In this document: piece after piece, positions 61,275-64,000 of the stretch | Numbering within the stretch: the first letter of the stretch is position 1 | Layout of the letters: each line of letters starts with the position of its first letter | Source of the DNA: Actinobacteria bacterium UBA7524 | Lineage (GTDB): Bacteria; Actinomycetota; Coriobacteriia; Anaerosomatales; UBA912 | DNA: 64,000 bases | Reading direction: 5' to 3' | Assembly (NCBI GenBank): GCA_002478275.1 | Contig: DLMY01000036.1 | Coordinates: forward strand, 1 to 64,000 | Translations under genes and position numbers: made by a program | Notes under the pieces: generated by a model | The model's input: only the letters and a program-made list of their open reading frames with translations | The model's database searches: none | What the model was told of the DNA's origin: nothing

Positions 61275-61846
61275 GAGTTCTCCTCGGCGAGCTGTCCGAT
61301 ATCAACCTCTGTGGAACCGTAGCGCCTGGCGCCGAGTGACTCGAACCCCTCAGGCCACAGGGGATCGGTGCCCACCGGATACTCCCAGGTCACGATTGCT
61401 CCCTCCACAAGGAGTCCATGGCCTCGCAGTCCCTCGATGAGAGCCCTGACCTCAGCCTTGTCGATTCTATAGGGCGGGTCGAGAAGAATCAACGAGTACG
61501 GTGCATTGCCGCAGGCGCGCCGGGCGTATGCCACCTTGAAGGCGTCGCCCCGGACGATCTCGGACATCTGCCCGAGATCAAGTCGATCGACGTTCTCGCG
61601 CAGAGTCCCGAGCGCCGCCCGTGCCTGTTCGATGAACACGACTGAATCCGCACCTCGTGAAAGGGCTTCGATACCGAGTGCGCCGCTACCGGCGAAGGCA
61701 TCAAGGACACGTGCTTCGCGGACTGCGCCCAGCGACTCCAGTCGACTGAACAACGCTTCCCGCACGCGGTCCGAGGTCGGACGTGTGAGCACGCCTTCGG
61801 GGGCGCTGATACGCCTGCCACCGTGGATGCCGGCGACGACCCTCAT
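61271..61846 (-). CDS. rsmD: 16S rRNA m2G966 methyltransferase
   Basis: MRVVAG, TRPTSDRVREALF, DAFAGSGALGIEALSRGA, DPPY. Confidence 0.97.
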   Translation of the reverse strand: MRVVAGIHGGRRISAPEGVLTRPTSDRVREALFSRLESLGAVREARVLDAFAGSGALGIEALSRGADSVVFIEQARAALGTLRENVDRLDLGQMSEIVRGDAFKVAYARRACGNAPYSLILLDPPYRIDKAEVRALIEGLRGHGLLVEGAIVTWEYPVGTDPLWPEGFESLGARRYGSTEVDIGQLAEENS

Positions 61847-64000
61847 CCGCTGCTCACCCACTTCCATGCCTCTCCGAAACGGACGCGCACCTCGCGAGCC
61901 AGAAGGGCGTTCCTGGGATCGGAAAGCGTCGGGTCCGCATGGACGATCCTGGCCGCGTCGTCGCGAGTCTGCTCGAGGATCCTGACGTCGTCGGCAAGGG
62001 AAGCGAGCTTGAACTGAGGAAGCCCTGACTGTCGTGAGCCGAACAGGTCCCCCTGACCCCGCAGCTCCATGTCCAGCTCGGCCAAGGCGAACCCGTCATC
62101 AGTGGATTCTATGGCAGCCATGCGCTCGCGGCCCTCATCGGTCTTGGGGTCGGCGAACAACATGAACGTCCCCGGGTGCTCGCCCCTGCCGATACGCCCC
62201 CTAAGTTGATGGAGCTGGGCAAGGCCGAACCTTTCCGCGTCTTCGACGATCATGATCGTCGCGTTGGGCACATCGACTCCTACCTCGATCACTGTCGTGG
62301 AGACCAGCACGTCGATGTCACCCTCACGGAAGCGATTCATCGCATCGAGCTTCTCGGAAGGACGCATCTTGCCGGTGATCAGTCCCACGCGCAGGTCGCG
62401 GAAGACGTCGCGCTCCAGTCTGCGGGCTTCTCGCACAGCCGACCGGACCTGGAGTTCGTCGGATTCATCCACCAGCGGACAGACGACGTATGTCTGCCGT
62501 CCGTTCTTCGCGGCTTGACGGACCTCGGCATACGCGTCCTCGCGCCTGGAATGGGGGACGAGCCGGGTTGTCACATGTCCCGGGCCATGCGCTCCGGGAC
62601 GTGCCCTGAGGTAGGACACGGCAAGATCTCCGTACAGCGTCAGTGCGAGTGTGCGGGGTATTGGCGTCGCGGTCATCACGAGGAGATCGACTCCGCGACC
62701 CTTCCCCCTCAGACCGAGCCTCTGACCGACTCCGAAACGATGCTGCTCGTCGACGATGGCCAGGGAGAGGTTCGCGAATCTCACCGAGGCTTCAAGAAGC
62801 GCGTGGGTGCCGAACAAGACCGTGCACTCCCCGCATGCCACCTCGTCGAGGATCTGCCGTCGGCGACTCGCGGGTGTCGAACCTGTGAGAAGCTCCCAGC
62901 GGACGCCGACGTCCTCAAGCAACGGGCCGAGTTTGTCGGCGTATTGCTGGGCCAACACTTCGGTCGGCGCCATCATGGCAGCCTGGGTGGCAGTGTCCGC
63001 GCAGGCGACAAGGGCATGAGCCGCGACGTACGTCTTTCCGGTGCCGACATCTCCGAGAAGCATCCGGTTCATCGGCGAGGACTGAGCCATATCTGCGAGT
63101 ACCTCATCTACCGCCTGAGACTGATCCGCTGTGAGAGTGACCGGGAGCGCGCTCGCAAGCGTCTCCATCGCAGGCCCGTCGATCCTGTGGGAGATTCCGG
63201 GCGAGTCCACCGTCAGTCGGTGTCTGCGCACGGCCATCCCTATCTGGAGACAAAGCAGCTCGTCGTAGACCAGACGAGTGCGAGCCTGCTCGAGGGAGTC
63301 GGCATCTTGCGGAAAGTGGATGGAACGAAGAGCCTCGGCACGTGACGTGAGTCCCCGCTCGATCCGCAAAGCCACGGGGAGATGATCGGGAAGGCAGCCG
63401 AACTCATCGAGCGCAGCACTGATGAGACGTCTCATCCACTGCGNNNNNNNNNNNNNNNNNNNNNNNNNNNNNNNNNNNNNNNNNNNNNNNNNNNNNNNNN
63501 NNNNNNNNNNNNNNNNNNNNNNNNNNNNNNNNNNNNNNNNNNNNNNNNNNGATGAGACGTCTCATCCACTGCGTCGTCAGTCCCTCCGTCACGCGATGGA
63601 CCGGCAGTATCCGCGCAAGCGCGATGCCTTCCGCGCCGACGCCGAGCCTCTCGACGAAGGGATTCCGTATCTGCAGCATGCCATAGTCGAACAGCACGGT
63701 GCCGGCAAGAGCGACGCGTTCCCCCTCGACGAAGCGCTTGCCCATGTATGGCTGATTGAACCAGACGCCAAGCAGTACCCCGCCGGACTCATCCGACAAT
63801 GCCACTTCGACGATGTGCAGTTTCGGCCGTGGTCGCTTGACCGTGACCTGGCGGACGATGCCGGCGACGGTCACGTCCTGTCCGATACGCACGTCGCTCA
63901 AGGGGAGGACTGTCGTCAGGTCGATGTACCTGAACGGATAGTGCTCCACGAGGTCCCCGATGGTGCGGATCCCGAGACGCTCGAGGGCCTCTGAGCGTGC
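61843..64000 (-). CDS. recG: ATP-dependent DNA helicase RecG, 5'-partial and split by an assembly gap
   Basis: HYPFRY wedge region, GDVGTGKT, APTEVLA, DEQHRFG, MTATPIPRTL, QLHQLRGRIGRG. Confidence 0.97.
63444..63550. other. Assembly gap (107 N) with 23-bp duplicated flanks
   Basis: gatgagacgtctcatccactgcg occurs on both sides and contains a 16-bp perfect palindrome. Confidence 0.95.

Noticed and set aside
63421..63573. Apparent split recG and the palindrome GATGAGACGTCTCATC
   Set aside because: Duplicated flanks of an assembly gap; the palindrome is inside coding sequence and probably contributed to the break.

Overview
High-GC bacterial chromosome segment, most consistent with Actinomycetota class Coriobacteriia (inferred from gene content and protein features, not a database search). 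It is a scaffolded assembly with three N-gaps whose flanks overlap by 22-23 bp. All ~55 credible genes are on the minus strand and form a conserved housekeeping block close to the Bacillus/Streptomyces gene order. In transcription order: recG-rsmD-coaD-sepIVA-yceD-rpmF, ADP-forming acyl-CoA ligase plus DRTGG protein, plsX-fabH-fabK-fabD-fabG-acpP-(FabX-like)-fabF, rnc-smc-ftsY-lepB-ffh-rpsP-khpA-rimM-trmD-lepB-rplS-rnhB, yraN-comM-dprA, trmFO-xerC-whiG/fliA-response regulator, rpsB-tsf-pyrH-frr-uppS-cdsA-dxr-rseP-ispG-(small Rossmann protein)-proS-dusB, rimP-nusA-ylxR-infB-rbfA-nrnA-truB-ribF-(small ORF)-rpsO-pnp-M16 peptidase-dapB-aspartokinase, then a >1360-aa secreted multidomain surface protein that runs off the left edge and is missing from the ORF track. 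I saw no mobile element, CRISPR array, tRNA or rRNA, and no clear-cut new multi-gene system. Best leads: (i) a WhiG-type sigma-28 retaining the c-di-GMP-contacting KxxxGR motif, co-transcribed with a receiver protein carrying an unusual Cys4 zinc-ribbon output, plus a perfect sigma-28 -10 box upstream of the giant surface protein; (ii) a FabX-like Fe-S flavoprotein and an acyl-CoA ligase/DRTGG pair embedded in the lipid operon; (iii) unusual domain additions to core proteins (NusA zinc finger, helix-turn-helix-like insert in RseP); (iv) three phased 11-bp repeats upstream of the competence operon.
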